Assembly (NCBI GenBank): GCA_013265495.1
Contig: MU058198.1
Span: 1,810,419 to 1,874,418 of the forward strand
Length of the DNA: 64,000 bases
Reading direction: 5' to 3'
Source of the DNA: Vicugna vicugna
Lineage: Eukaryota
The position numbers and the translations under genes are program-made. Below the pieces are notes generated by a model. It was not told the origin of the DNA and ran no database searches. It was given only the letters and a program-made list of their open reading frames with translations. Below are positions 1-12,399 of this stretch, one piece after another (positions within the stretch are counted from its first letter, which is position 1; each line of letters starts with the position of its first letter).

Positions 1-66
1 AAATTAACGTGGAAATGCGTTGTGAATTGCTTTCACAGTATGTGTTTTGTGTTGCCTCTCCCACAG

Positions 67-183
67 GAGTACCAGTTCATGATAGGACTCAGTAATGCCA
101 TGCTCTGGGCTGCTTATTTTGTCACGTTCCTCTTGTTGTTTTTAATTGTCATCTGCTTGCTATGCGTGATTTTATTTGTCAAG
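67..183 (+). CDS. ABCA exon w1 (117 nt, phase 0-0), TMD1: EYQFMIGLSNAMLWAAYF...LFVK
   Basis: ccacag acceptor; donor AAG|gcaagt (GC-AG intron); resembles the ABCA3 EYMRMMGL...FCVK exon. Confidence 0.9.
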
Positions 184-414
184 GCAAGTATCTATTTGAA
201 CGCAGCATGCTTCAGCTAAAACTCTGAGGGGAGGGGGAGCATGATAGTGGGTGTGGGCTGCCTTAGGTGAGAAATGAATTATAGAGTTAACTTCCCATCT
301 CCCTGTTACACTAAGGCTACTCAAATATTTTAAGGATATTTTCCTCCACCTCCCTAGTTTTTCTCTGACACCACTTCCATGATGACTAAACGGACTTCAC
401 AATTGTTTTGTTAG

Positions 415-532
415 ATTGTACAGGATAAAGTCCTCCAATACAGTGACCCGTCTCTCGTCTTCTTCTTTTTCCTGTGTTTTGTCATGGCTTCCATGACCTT
501 CGGCTTTCTGATTACCACATTCTTCGATAAAA
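415..532 (+). CDS. ABCA exon w2 (118 nt, phase 0-1): IVQDKVLQYSDPSLVFFFFLCF...TFFDK
   Basis: ttgttag acceptor, A|gtgagt donor, SDPSL motif; not in ORF track. Confidence 0.92.
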
Positions 533-2780
533 GTGAGTCTAAGACTTCTTCATGAAAGATTTTTCAGTGTTTCCGTGGACTGAAAGAGGATTTTATTTGG
601 GAGCCCCTTCTAAACTTCAGTTGCCGCTTCATATAGAGACTCTGCTTACATTCTTAATTTGTTTAAAAAGACATCTGTGCATGTGAAATGATTTGAGGAG
701 GGCAAAGATTAGTGAAGATTAACGTGGCCTAGGATGTGTGTGAAAATGGGATCAAAATCAAAATAAGATCACACGCGACAAGAAGATATAAACTAACATA
801 GGGTCATGTGAAAATACGTATTTATTCATTCACTCACTCAGTGAAGTCTTTGGATCACTTATTACATACCTGGAACAATGTCAAATAAACAAAATCCAAC
901 TGAGAATCTCCTGCCCTGTTCTCACTTACTAGAGGGATGTGTGACCGAACAAATTTAAACTGGCTTAGTTACGGAATTTGTAGAATTACTTTTCCAGTGG
1001 TCATTTTCTGTTATCATTTATTTTAAAAAAATAAGTGTATTTCCTTTTTCAGAAAACAAAACACCATTTTTCCCCTTTTTACATCTTTCTTATGTGCTGA
1101 ACAATTAGAATGCTAGCTTCTTTCAGTCATTTAGAGCACAAGTACCATAAAACAAGCGTTTTCTGGTAAGGAAATGTACATTTCATAGGTATTTTTTATT
1201 GTTTTCAGCAATAACGCTGCTATCAGCTGGCTGCATCATAAAGCCCACCTACCATAAGCACAGTGAAACTGTGAGGGGAGAGAGTTATTTTGTCAAAGTC
1301 AGGCTGAAGGTGATATGCTTGAGAGTAATGTCAAGTAGGCAAATACTGATGGACGACTCACTTGACTAAAACAACTATGATACTGATTAAATGTTTTGAA
1401 ATAATTTTTTCTCTTTATAAACACTGCTGAGGTCGCACAAAGACCAGAAACTGAGTGGGAGGCGATTGAAAGCCAAAGCTAGCTTTTGTCCTGGGATTTT
1501 CTGTTGAACATCCGAGATTTGGGGGGGTTTTCTATCAGCGGTGCAGGGAACTAAGATAAGCCCAGAGCCTGCCGAGGGTGGAATATTTAAGAGGACACCA
1601 CAAATAAGGGTAGGACGTCAGAGAGTCACCATTGCAAGGGAGACTGAGGAATAAAGGTGCCACACAGAAGGAACAGCAAGTTCTTCCCTTAGTTAAATTC
1701 ACCAATTTATTAAGATTGTGGTTTATGTGAGAAGGCCATCAGTAAATGCAATCAGCAGGTAGATTTCAAGTTTTATAGCAGAAGACTAGTGAATTGTGTC
1801 AAATTTTATATTTCATAAGTTATGTAAATGCTTCTTTATCCCTCTAGCCATCTACCTACGTATCTGTGGTTTTTCCTTTGTTTTTTGTGACTTCCTGTTT
1901 TGGTTACCTTTTTCCCTAAATCATAAAACTATATGTATTTAGGTTAGGGGCACTAGCATCCCTAGATTAGGGGTTGGTAATCCTAATCCAATAAGGATTT
2001 GCAGTGACTAAAAAATATCTCTTTCAGGTGAGCCTGATTTTAGATGTAGCCTTTTAGGGCCTTAAGTAAAAGTCTGAGGTATTAATCATGGCTTCTTTCC
2101 ATGATTAGGATGGAAAGAAGTACGTGTCAAACTTGTTTTGTTTCCCTAAACCCTTGACAGTGTCAGAAGCTCTGCTCGGTTTCTCAAACCTCTAAATCAT
2201 AGTTTAGATTTTGCAACTGCTTCAGGGTGAAAATCAGGACCAAATTCTAGACTCACCTTTTTGTACTTCTTATCTTGATATTGGCACTATGAATTGTCCT
2301 TGCCTGTTAGTTCTCTCATGCTTCAAAACATACTAAAAAAAATAATTTGTCTAGGTTTTTCTGTTGTCATTGAGAGAGTCGCTCTCAAGTGATGCAGTTC
2401 CTTTGATATATAGCATCCTAATCCAGATGCTTCTCTGTAATGATGACTTTGTTGTCTGTCCTTTTAATGTTTTATTTTATAAAGTATCATAAATAAATAT
2501 TTGGAATATTATAAATAAGACTGGAAGTACGTATAAAACCACTATTCATTTTCTCAGTTTTCATCTACCAAAATTCCAAAATAAATGGTAACAATGTAGT
2601 TATGTTCATATGATGCGATTAGTGATTATGTAGATCTAGAGGTTGTTAAGTGGTTATAGATAAAAATGAAAAAGCAAGTTTTTATAACCATAAGGATCAG
2701 TCCTTCTTTAAATGAGTAAATATCCACAACCGTTGCATAAGAAAGGGTAAATTCCAGAAAAGTTCCTTCCTCATACTGTT

Positions 2781-2915
2781 CATTCATTCATTTATTCATT
2801 CAAGCAAAGAAATATTTATTAAACGCCTGCTCTGTGTTAAGCACTGCTGGATGCTGGTGATATAGTGGTGAACAAGACAGTTTCTCTTCTTTTGTAGAGT
2901 TTATATTTCAGGGCT
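2781..2915 (-). mobile_element. L2 LINE 3' end fragment
   Basis: cattcattcatttattcattcaa...tatttatt...gcactg...tggtgaacaagacag, the typical reverse-complement L2 tail. Confidence 0.7.
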
Positions 2916-2998
2916 CTTTTGTAGTAAAATGAGGGTATTTCTATTTCCAGCTTTTGTAGCTTATGTAAACTGACTGTATTTTCCTTCTTACTTTTCAG

Positions 2999-3172
2999 CT
3001 ACATTGGCTGTTTCCATTGGAGTTTTCCTCTATTTTCTCACCTTCTTTCCATATGATATAGTCATCACCGTGTATAGCAGGTTGAGCCTCATAGAGAAGC
3101 TGGCTTCCTGTCTCTTTTCAAATATTGCAGTAGCGTTGGGGATTGAGTTTTTAAGCAAGATGGAAATGAAGA
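2999..3172 (+). CDS. ABCA exon w3 (174 nt, phase 1-1): TLAVSIGVFLYFLTFFPY...SKMEMK
   Basis: ttttcag acceptor, A|gtgagt donor; overlaps ORF 3004..3252. Confidence 0.93.
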
Positions 3173-3435
3173 GTGAGTCTTTTCTTTGTACAATTTACTT
3201 GGATGATTTGATTCCTAGGAGGAAAAGACAGATGATCTGGGGTTGGCAGTAGAGTTAGTAGGATAGTGGGTGTGGGGTAACTTGAGTGTTTCTAAAATAT
3301 TTTTCCTGGTTTGTAGTACTTTTTATCATAAAAATGATATCTATGCACTATAAATATATGCACTATATCTGCATATATATACATGAAAATATGCACATGT
3401 AAATATTTAGTTACTTATTTTCATGTTCTTTATAT

Positions 3436-3653
3436 CAGTGGTCTCACCTAGGAGAGAATTTTGCCACCTAGGGGATATTGGCAATGCCTGGACATATTTC
3501 TGTTTTTTAATTGTCATAACCGATGGAGGAGTTCTACTGGTACATAGTGGTTAGCAGTCAGAGATGCTACTACATATACTACAAAGTACAGAACTTCCCC
3601 TGATAGAATTGTCCAGCTCCAAATGTCAACGGTGCCAAGGTTGAGACACTCTG
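3436..3653 (+). mobile_element. MER20-like hAT-Charlie non-autonomous DNA transposon
   Basis: cagtggtctca...tggcaatgcctgga...aaatgtcaacggtgccaaggttgagacactctg matches the recalled MER20 consensus end to end. Confidence 0.85.
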
Positions 3654-3989
3654 TTCAATATCTATATATTAAAATCTACGAGTTCACACTATAACATCTA
3701 GTTCCAATATAACATCAGAATTTCTTCCTAGCTTTCTCCTATTCCATATTTATTTCCCTTTCCAACCATGAGAATCCTGGCTCCCACCGTTATCAGTATA
3801 ATTTCTCGTTTGCTCATTTTTGCAATACTTATAAAATGAATGAACTGCTAATCTGCTCCACTGTAAACAACTAACATACTAAGTGTGGTAATTGTTTGTA
3901 ATTCTTTTTACATTTAGTCTGAATCTAGGTAGTCAAAGTTATGTGTTCAAAAATCACTTGTGATCTAGGATTGCTGGGATTCAGGAATG

Positions 3990-4517
3990 AAATTAACTAT
4001 AATCACCACATTATACATTATGTCTGCAGAATTTATGCATCTTATAACTGAAAGTTTGCATCCTTTGACCAACATCTTCCCATTTCCCTCACCCTCCAGC
4101 CCCTGGCACTCACTGTTTTACTCTCTGGTTCTGAGTTCAACTTTTCAAGATAAAAAATAAGTGAGATCATACAATACTTGTCTTTCTGTGTCTGACTTAT
4201 TTCATTTAGCATAATGTGTCCTCCAAACTCATCCATATTGTTGCAAATGGTGGGATTTCCTTCTTTTTTGTGGCTGAATAATATTCTATTGTATATATGT
4301 ACCACTATTTATTCACTTATCTATTGATGAACACTTAGATTGATTCCATATCTTGGCTACTGTGAATAATGCTGCAGTGAACATGGAAATGCAGATAGCT
4401 CTTCAAGGTCCTATTTTCTTTTTTCTTTTCTGGAGATATACCTCAGAGGGGGATTGCTGGATTATGTTTTAAATTTTCCGGGAAACTTTATACTGTTTTC
4501 CATAGTGTCTATACCAG
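3990..4517 (-). mobile_element. LINE-1 3' end (old L1MA-type)
   Basis: cttataactgaaagtttgcatcctttgacc...ggctgaataatattctattgta; ORF 4042..4305 reads as L1 3' sequence. Confidence 0.85.
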
Positions 4518-5814
4518 GGCCAAGAAAATAATACTTAGGAGAGGGATGTTATTTTAACATAAACAGTATAATGGACCAAAATGGAAAGTTTGTCTACATT
4601 AAAGTAAATTGGAGTTCAGTTCATGTATCTTGATATAATTAAATCATGTAAGTAGGAACTAATAATTCTGTATACATTTTCACTGTTTTACTTGGAGCTT
4701 TTATTGCATTTATTCTAAATGCAAGTGCACACAGTATAGGGATATACCAAGGCTGCTTCTCTGGCATTATTACCTATTAAAAGAGCTCAGCAAGTAGTTA
4801 TCATCAATAAAATAGTCTAAAGCTGCCTCTAAATTTAACATTGTAGGCATTTTCAAGGAAATTGTTGGTATGAATGAAGAAACAACATATAGTATGCTTC
4901 TCTTGTCTTTGAGTACTTGTTTATCCCATTAAAAAGGAGTCCACATATAATACAAAAATAGAAAAAAACAAATGAACAACCCTAAGCCATTCTATAACAG
5001 AGCTAACAAAGTATATGTGGTCAGAGATTCCATAAAATATTTGAAGATGCATTTACTTTACTTCGATGGGAAACGTACGAAATATTTGAGAGGTCATTGT
5101 TTTGAGAGGCCATTGTTCAATGTATACACTTAACAAACACTGTATTATAGTACTAATAAGCAATTCTGTATTAAGATCAGTTCAAATTAGATTTCACAAG
5201 TTAGTATTGCTTTTACAAATGTTTTGACAATGCTACAGAAAGTACATCTTAGTTTCCATTTTCATACAGGGTAATTTTTTAATGTTTATACCTTTTAAAA
5301 ATTAAAAGCAGCTAAATATTAAGCAATATATATTAAAATTTTGGTGATAGTTTGTATTTTAAAAGAAACAGCTTCCTTATGATTTGCCTAAAGTTTTAAT
5401 AACAATATAAAGAGAAGCTCATTCAATATACTGATTTACTTTGGTAGAAAATGGCTGTTCTTTGAAGACACGACCCATTAAGGTGAAGTGGGCTGTTTCA
5501 AATACTTAATAATTTACAAAAATTTTTTAAATATATTTTTAAGGAGCTAAGCATCTGTATCCACTGATACCAATGCAATACCTACTTTAAGATCACTTGA
5601 AACAAAACAAATGCCCTTATGGGAAAAAAGTCGTATTTTAATTTTATTTGTTTACTTTTAGTCAACAGTCCAATAGCATTTTCCTCTCAAACAATACTTT
5701 CTCCCTATAAGGCAGTTCCTGGGAGTCAAACAGTTTGGCTAATAAGGGAGTTAAGGTAAAGAGTAATTGCTTGCTGTTTAAATAGACAGTAACTTTTTGC
5801 TTCCCACTTATAGG

Positions 5815-6530
5815 ACGTTAGTAATATAGAGGTAAGGTGGAGCAGGAGAGGAAGCATTCTGTAGTCTTCTGATTAGGCTTCAGTCTTTTGATGAGCTTGA
5901 GTCCCTGAACTATGCACTCATCAGTGCTGCTCAGCTCCCCTCCCCCCACACCCTTAGAAGGGACAGGGTGACGACAGAGGCTGAACTTGGGTATTTCCCT
6001 TCCCCTAGCTGGGTAGGTTAGGGTCTGGTGAAATAATTTCTTGTGAGGCAGGCTTGGTTAAGAACGGAATGCTCTGGCACATTTCAAAATGTTCCTTTTC
6101 GCTTTCCCCTCCTGGAAGCATGAGGAAAATTTTCTGATACTCACTGTGACGAACTGGTAGGGATCCTAGAAGTAAAACTCAGAAAAACGTGGACTTGCAA
6201 GTTCCCTGTGACTTGATCCTCCTGGAGTTTTTAACTCTTCCAACTTGTCCAAATTGGGACCCAGCAATTCATCAATTACAGTTTAGGTTTTTATACCCAA
6301 TACTAGTTTGCTTAGAGGTTTCTACTGAGAATGCCTGTTCCATTAAATTGTAGTTGTATGTATTTTCCTATCTGCCTTTCCAGTTTTAGGGGGCAGTGGT
6401 TTGCCCTGTGACCTCAGTTACCTGATGGACCTGATAAGAGTTGTAGATTTTTCCGTGCAGCTTCTTGCTTGTTATTAGGATGGAGAGGTGACTTGGAAGT
6501 TGTTTACATTTCAGACCAGAAACTGGAAGC
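5815..6530 (-). mobile_element. Ancient LINE-1 5' end (L1MD/L1MC-type)
   Basis: Reverse complement begins cttccagtttctggtctgaaatgtaa...gaggtcacagggcaaaccactgccccc; homologous to the copy at 15500-16200. Confidence 0.65.
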
Positions 6531-6939
6531 TGAACCTTATTATTTTACACTGATGATTACATTTCCAAACTTATGTATCTTGCTGGTTATTTCAGTGGAA
6601 ATTAACAGAAGAGAGAATGGAGAGATAGGGCTACCATCTCAACCAATAGGTCTGCCTACTGCTCCAAGGCTTACTTTATGGATTCTGATGATTGTTTAGT
6701 TTTGTTTCAGTCATCCACTAACCTTTAGTTTGATTTGGCTCTAGGCAGAGGCACCTTGTATTATCACTTCATTATCTTTTTGGACAACCTAAATTTTAAA
6801 GAATCAGAAAATAGTAAATGACAGTATCTGTCTCCAGTACCAGTGCATCTTTCTTCATTGTTAAATTATAAAGCAGGTGGGTAACTTTGCTCTAGTTACA
6901 GTTGGGCACCTGAAGTAACTATCTCTTATTCTATTTCAG

Positions 6940-7121
6940 AGTATGGTGTTAAGTGGAGTAACTTACTGTCATCAGTGAGCCCAGATGATAACTTGACTTT
7001 TGCCCATATTCTGGGAGTACTTTTATTTGATGCTTTCTTGTATGGCCTTCTGACCTGGTATATAGATGCTGTCTTTCCAGGAAAGTACGGTGTGCCCAAA
7101 CCATGGTATTTCTTTTTGCAG
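6940..7121 (+). CDS. ABCA exon w4 (182 nt, phase 1-0): YGVKWSNLL...[16 protein letters not shown]
   Basis: tttcag acceptor, CAG|gtaagt donor; ABCA PG.YG.P.PWYF motif. Confidence 0.95.
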
Positions 7122-7504
7122 GTAAGTACCAATGTTTCTGTTATTGAGAGAAACCCCAGTTCTTACGTATTTAGTTTGTTTTTAACACCTCCCTACAATC
7201 TTATGGTACTAAAACAGTTTTTATTTCTTCTCAACTAAAGCCATTATGAGCTAACTTTATGACATGTGTAATAGAATTAAATGGTTTTCTACCAAAAAAA
7301 TCGACATCTGAATGAAAATATGGTAGGGTCCTTAGATCTTAATGAGGAGGGAACAAGTTATAGCTGATAGCTGGTTTACCACTATCTGCTTTTTTTCTAC
7401 TGTTAGCCCACATTACTTAGACTCAAAGCCATGGCAAAGTGGGGAGCATCTGTATCTTGGCCTCTGTTTTCTATCCTCTTCCTAATCATTCTGTGGTTCA
7501 AAGC

Positions 7505-8808
7505 ACATAGTTCCCAAACTCTGGTCTCAGAACTCTACTATCTTAAAAATCATTGAGCACCTCAAGGAACTTTAGTTAATGTGGATTATATCTATCAATG
7601 TTTACTGTATTTGGAAATTAAAACTAAAAAAAAATTTTTAATTATCAACTTACTTCAATACGTCATCAGTAAACCAATTACATGTTGAACTGGTGGAAAA
7701 AACCTATTTTCAAGTGAAAAAAATTAGAGGAGTGTCCTGTTTTACATTTTTTTCAAATACCTTTCATATTTGCATAATTGAAGGTAACTAGATTTTCACT
7801 GAAGGGTGTGTATCTTCTGCATTCAATCTGTTACCTTATGTTGTTTTGCTTAAAATATGTAAAGAAATACAACCTCACATAGACATGTAGTTGTGAAAAG
7901 CTGGAGTATTTTGGTAGCCTTTTAAACAAATTTGGATATTCTTTTTTGGTTCAGCACTAAAACTCAACTAATGATAATTTACTAATAATTAGTTGAAATT
8001 TGGAATCTGAAAACATACTAGTGAACATTTCTTAATCTATAACATCCATCAGTGTATCTTTCAAATTGAATAGATATTTAACCATGCATAAATTTGTCAT
8101 ATCATATTTTGATTATTTGGAAAAGACTGGTTCACTGATACATACTTTCCAGATGATGACAAGGTTTATTATACATTATCAAAGCATCACATTTATCAGT
8201 ATCAACATGATGTCATCAAAATAGTTTGTAAGAGTTGGAACTATGTCACACAACTGTGGATATAAGTTTTCAAAAATTCTATTTTTTCACCAGAAAGCTC
8301 AAATTTTATCATTGGTGACAAATATTGTCAGTTCTTTTCCTTGAAGTGACAGCATCATTTTACTGATTTGTGAGGAAAATGTCTGCTAGATACCCAAGTC
8401 CTGAGTAACCATAATTTGCATGTCTGTCATCCTTTCAGGTAAAAATGGTATTCCATGAAAAAGTGGCTATTTCACCTCACAACTCAATGACACAAGTAAT
8501 TCTCCTTAGGGCTCCCAATATATTTTCACCTGCCACAGAAAAGCATTATATGCATTTCTCATTTAATCACACAGAATAATAAAAAATTATATTCAGGAAT
8601 GATATTTGTTAAATCATTTTTGCTCCTTAAAGACAAAAATAAATAAAACAATTTTCTTTTAATGAATGTGCCTAGTGGTAAAGAAATGACTGCTTAGGAC
8701 AGTTTTATACTGCTGTTTTCATTTGCATGAAGGCATCAGCAGTTTTACCTAATATTGCTTTTATACCATCAGTGAAAAATCACAGTAAAAAGGGCAAATA
8801 ATGTATTT
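7505..8808 (-). mobile_element. Charlie1-like hAT DNA transposon, left part (interrupted by L1)
   Basis: gttcccaaactctggtctcag...ttaaaaatcattgag...tatatctatcaatg matches the recalled Charlie1 terminus; resumes at 11378. Confidence 0.8.
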
Positions 8809-9236
8809 TATATTTTATTTTACTACTTTTTCTTGAGGTACAGGTGATGTACAATATTATGTAAATTTCAGGTGTACAACATAGTGATTCACAATTTTTA
8901 AAGGTTATATACTCCATAAAATATTGACCATATTCCCTGTGCTATACAGTAGGTCCTTGTGGCTTGTTTTATACCGAATAGTTTGTACCTCTTACTCCCC
9001 TACCCCTATATTGCCCCAGTCCACTTCTTTCTCCCTGTTAGTAACCACTAGCTTGTTCTCTTTATTTGTGAGTCTGCTTCCTCTATGTTATATTCACTAG
9101 TTGTATTTTTTAAGATTCCACATATAAGTAATATCATACAGTGTTTGTCTTTCTTTGTCTGACTTATTTCACTTGACATAATGCCCTCCATGTCCATCAA
9201 TATTTCATGCTTTTTAATGGTGGAGTAGTATTCCAT

Positions 9237-9279
<43 letters not shown>

Positions 9280-11377
9280 ATATATATACATACATACCCA
9301 CACATACAAACAAATCTTCTTTATCCATTTGTATGTTGATGAACACTTAGGTTGCTTCCATGTCTTGGCTATTGCGAATAATGCTGCTATGAACATTAAG
9401 GTGCAAGTATATTTTAGAATTAGTGCTTTCATTTTTGTGGGTTATATACCCAGGAGTGAAATTGCTCGGTTACATGGTTGTTTTATTTTTAGTTTTTTGC
9501 AGAACCTCCGTAGTGTTTTCTATAGTGGCTGCACCAATTTACCTTCTCACAAACAGTGTACTAGGGTTTTCTTTTCTCAGCATCCTCACCAATATTTGTT
9601 ATTTGTGGTCTATTTGATGACAGGCATTCTGACACATGTGAGGTGATATCTCATTGTGGTCCTGATTTACGTTTCTCTGATGATTAACGATGTTGAGCAT
9701 CTTTTCATGTGCTTGTTGGCTCTCTGTATATCTTCTTTGGAGAAGTGTATATTCAGATCTTCTGCCCATTTTTAAATTGGGTTGTTTGAGTTTTTTGTTT
9801 TTGATACTGAGTTGTATGAGCTGTTTGTATATTTGGTATTAACACTTTATGAATCATATTATTTGTAAATATTTTCTCCCATTCAGCAGGTTGTCTTTTC
9901 GTTTTGGCAATGGTTTCCTTTGATGTTCAAAATCTTTTAAGTTTAATTAGGCCCCATTTGTTTACTTTTGCTTTTGTTTCTTCTGTCTTAAGAGACATCC
10001 AAAAAATATTGCTATGATATATGTCAAAGAGTGTTCTGCCTATGTTTTCATCTCGGAGTTTTATGGTTTCCAGTCATACAATTAATTCTTTAATCCATTT
10101 TGAGTTTATTTTTGTATATGGTGTTAGAAAGTGTTCTAATCCATTCTTTTACATGCAGCTGTCCTGTTTTCCCAGCACCACTTATTGAAGAGACTGTCTT
10201 TTCTCCCTGGTACATTCTCGCCTCCTTTGCCATAGATTAATTGCATGGATTTATTTGTGGGCTGTCTGTTCTGTTTATCTTTGCCTCTGTTTTCATGCCA
10301 GTACCATGATGAGCTCTAGTAGTTTTCTGGTGGGGCCAGTCCCAGGGCAGGTGCTGGCCTGCTGGTGGGTGGCCTGGGACCACAGGCTTTGGGGCTGTGA
10401 CTATCCTGTGGTTGGTGTCTGCCCATTGGTGGGTGAGTCTGGTCCCAAGGCTAGAGCAGGACCACTGATGCGCAGGACTGGGGCTGCTGCCTGCCCACTG
10501 GTGGGTGGAGCTGTGTGCCAGTGTCTCTGGCTGCATAGTCCTGAGGGTCCCAGTTCTCGTGCCTGCACATTGATGTGGAGGGCCAGGTCCTGGGCCTCCT
10601 GGTGGACGGGGCCATATTAGTGGTGGCTGTGGGCTTGTAGAGTCTTAAAGCCGCCTACCTGCTGGTCAAGGGGGCTTGGTTCCTGCCCAGTTAGTTGGTT
10701 GGCTTGAGGTGTTCCAGTACTGATGTCTATAGCTGTTGGGTGAGGGCAGAGCTGGATCGTGAGGCTAGTTAGCCAGAGGGAGGATTCAAAAATGGTGCTT
10801 GCCAGCAACAGTGTCCACATGATACAACAAACTTCCCAAAATGGCTGCTGCCAGTGTCTTTGTCCCCAGGGTGACAGGGGTCTATCCAGGATCAGCAGGT
10901 AGGTCTGACTCAGGCTCGTTTCAAATCACTGCTTCTACCCTGGGGTCCTGAAGCATGTGCTATTTTGTGTGTGCCCTTTAAAAGTGGAGTCTCTATTTCC
11001 CCCCAGCCCTCTGGGACTTCTGAAAGTAAGCCCCCCTAGCCTTCTGGGAGCTCATCTTCCCAAAAAAGGACCTCCAGAGCCCAAATGGGGCTCAGATCCC
11101 TCACTCCTTGAGGAGAAGCTCTGTAATCATGATCATCCTCCCATTTGTGGGGCACGCGTCCAGGGGTGTGAGACTTCACTATAGTGCAACTCCATTCCTC
11201 TCACATCTTGCTGTGGTTCCTTCCATAAAAAACAACTTTAGAAAATCTTTAATTGTAGCAGATCTTTTCTGATGAGTTCTGGCCTTTTTTATTGATGCTT
11301 TCTCTGTAATTTTGGTGTGCATGTGAGAGGAGGTGAGCTCAGAGTCTTTCTACTCCACCATCTTGGCCACTCTCCCC
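8809..11377 (-). mobile_element. LINE-1 with both termini but large internal deletions; 14-bp TSD CAAATAATGTATTT (8795-8808, 11378-11391)
   Basis: 5' terminus GGGGAGAGTGGCCAAGATGG on the - strand at 11377; GC-rich repetitive 5'UTR 10334-11377; ORF2 3' part and 3'UTR 8809-10306. Confidence 0.9.
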
Positions 11378-11480
11378 CAAATAATGTATTTAAAAAATAT
11401 CTTTATGAAAACAATTTTGAACTAACAGGCTCATTGAAAGGGTCTTAGGAATCTTTAGGGATCTGTAGGCCACGTGTCCA
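11378..11480 (-). mobile_element. Charlie1-like transposon, right part
   Basis: ttatgaaaacaattttga...tgaaagggtctt...ggccac continues the element broken at 8808. Confidence 0.65.
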
Positions 11481-11771
11481 AATAAAGAGACTGATTCAGA
11501 GTGGTAGAATGCTTTTCACTGAGCCATTTTGAAAAGATTTTACTTTGGCTGTGTTCTTGGACAGTGACCTTTTTAAATAGCATATTTTGTGATTATTCTG
11601 TAGGAATTAAAATAATAGGCAATGTGCTTCCAGAATTTCTTTTCAAGTTACCTGTTTCAACTCATCTCGACACCAAAGTGAAAGGAGCCAAAATGTTTTC
11701 AAGTCTTATAGACATTTTATTTTTCAGTGGTAACATAATGATTATTTTTGTTTGTTTGTTTGTTTTCTTAG

Positions 11772-11909
11772 AAAGCCTACTGGTTTGGACAATCTAAAAG
11801 CATTAGGAAAAAAGATGATGTCGAAGCTACTAATGTATTTAAAAGTCGTTATTTTGAAGATGAACCTGTTGATTTGGTGGCTGGTATAAGGATCCAACAT
11901 TTGTACAAG
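11772..11909 (+). CDS. ABCA exon w5 (138 nt, phase 0-0): KAYWFGQ...FEDEPVDLVAGIRIQHLYK
   Basis: tttcttag acceptor, AAG|gtattt donor; YW and FE.EP..L.AGI.I..L.K motifs; not in ORF track. Confidence 0.92.
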
Positions 11910-12399
11910 GTATTTACAGGTCTCTTTGCCGCTGTACTACTGAAAATTAATTTATAATGCATAGTAAGTGTCTGTCACTGGCCATAACCCTATCCTCATA
12001 TGGTGTTAATAAAAGGCTATCGTCAGTATATTTATTATTTAATAAGATAAAAATAAAACTCATGCAAATAAAATAAAAATCCATGTTTTCCTCTCTCTAG
12101 AATAGAATTCATCTCTGTATAGATAATAAAGGTGTTTTTTACAATTCTATTGTAAGAGCTAATTTCTAGTTGGAACTGGGATGATTTGATATGTGAATAT
12201 AAATTTGTGTTCACCATTGTGGTTTTACTTGTTCTACAAGTTATATATAAGGCTACTTGGCTACATTTTCCTTTTTCCAAGTATTTGCAAAGGAGGTAAT
12301 CTTAGACATATCAGTTTATTTGGATAAACTGCAGGCATGATTATTCAGGTAACCCAAATGTCTGCTGGCATTCTCTTGTGCCTCAAGGAAACATTCATC

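Noticed and set aside
5085..5116. 16-bp tandem duplication tttgagagg(t/c)cattgt; similar short duplications near 43330 and 52350
   Set aside because: Ordinary slippage-type duplications with no insert between the copies.
9048..9646. Overlapping ORFs with THTHTH/CVCVCV runs
   Set aside because: Translations of a TG/TA microsatellite inside an L1 3' region.
10237..11184. GC-rich region with overlapping ORFs and recurring ccaccagtgggc-like units, possibly a CpG island or repeat array
   Set aside because: It is the repetitive 5'UTR of the TSD-flanked L1. The units are irregular and degenerate, CpG is scarce, and there is no CRISPR-like repeat-spacer structure.
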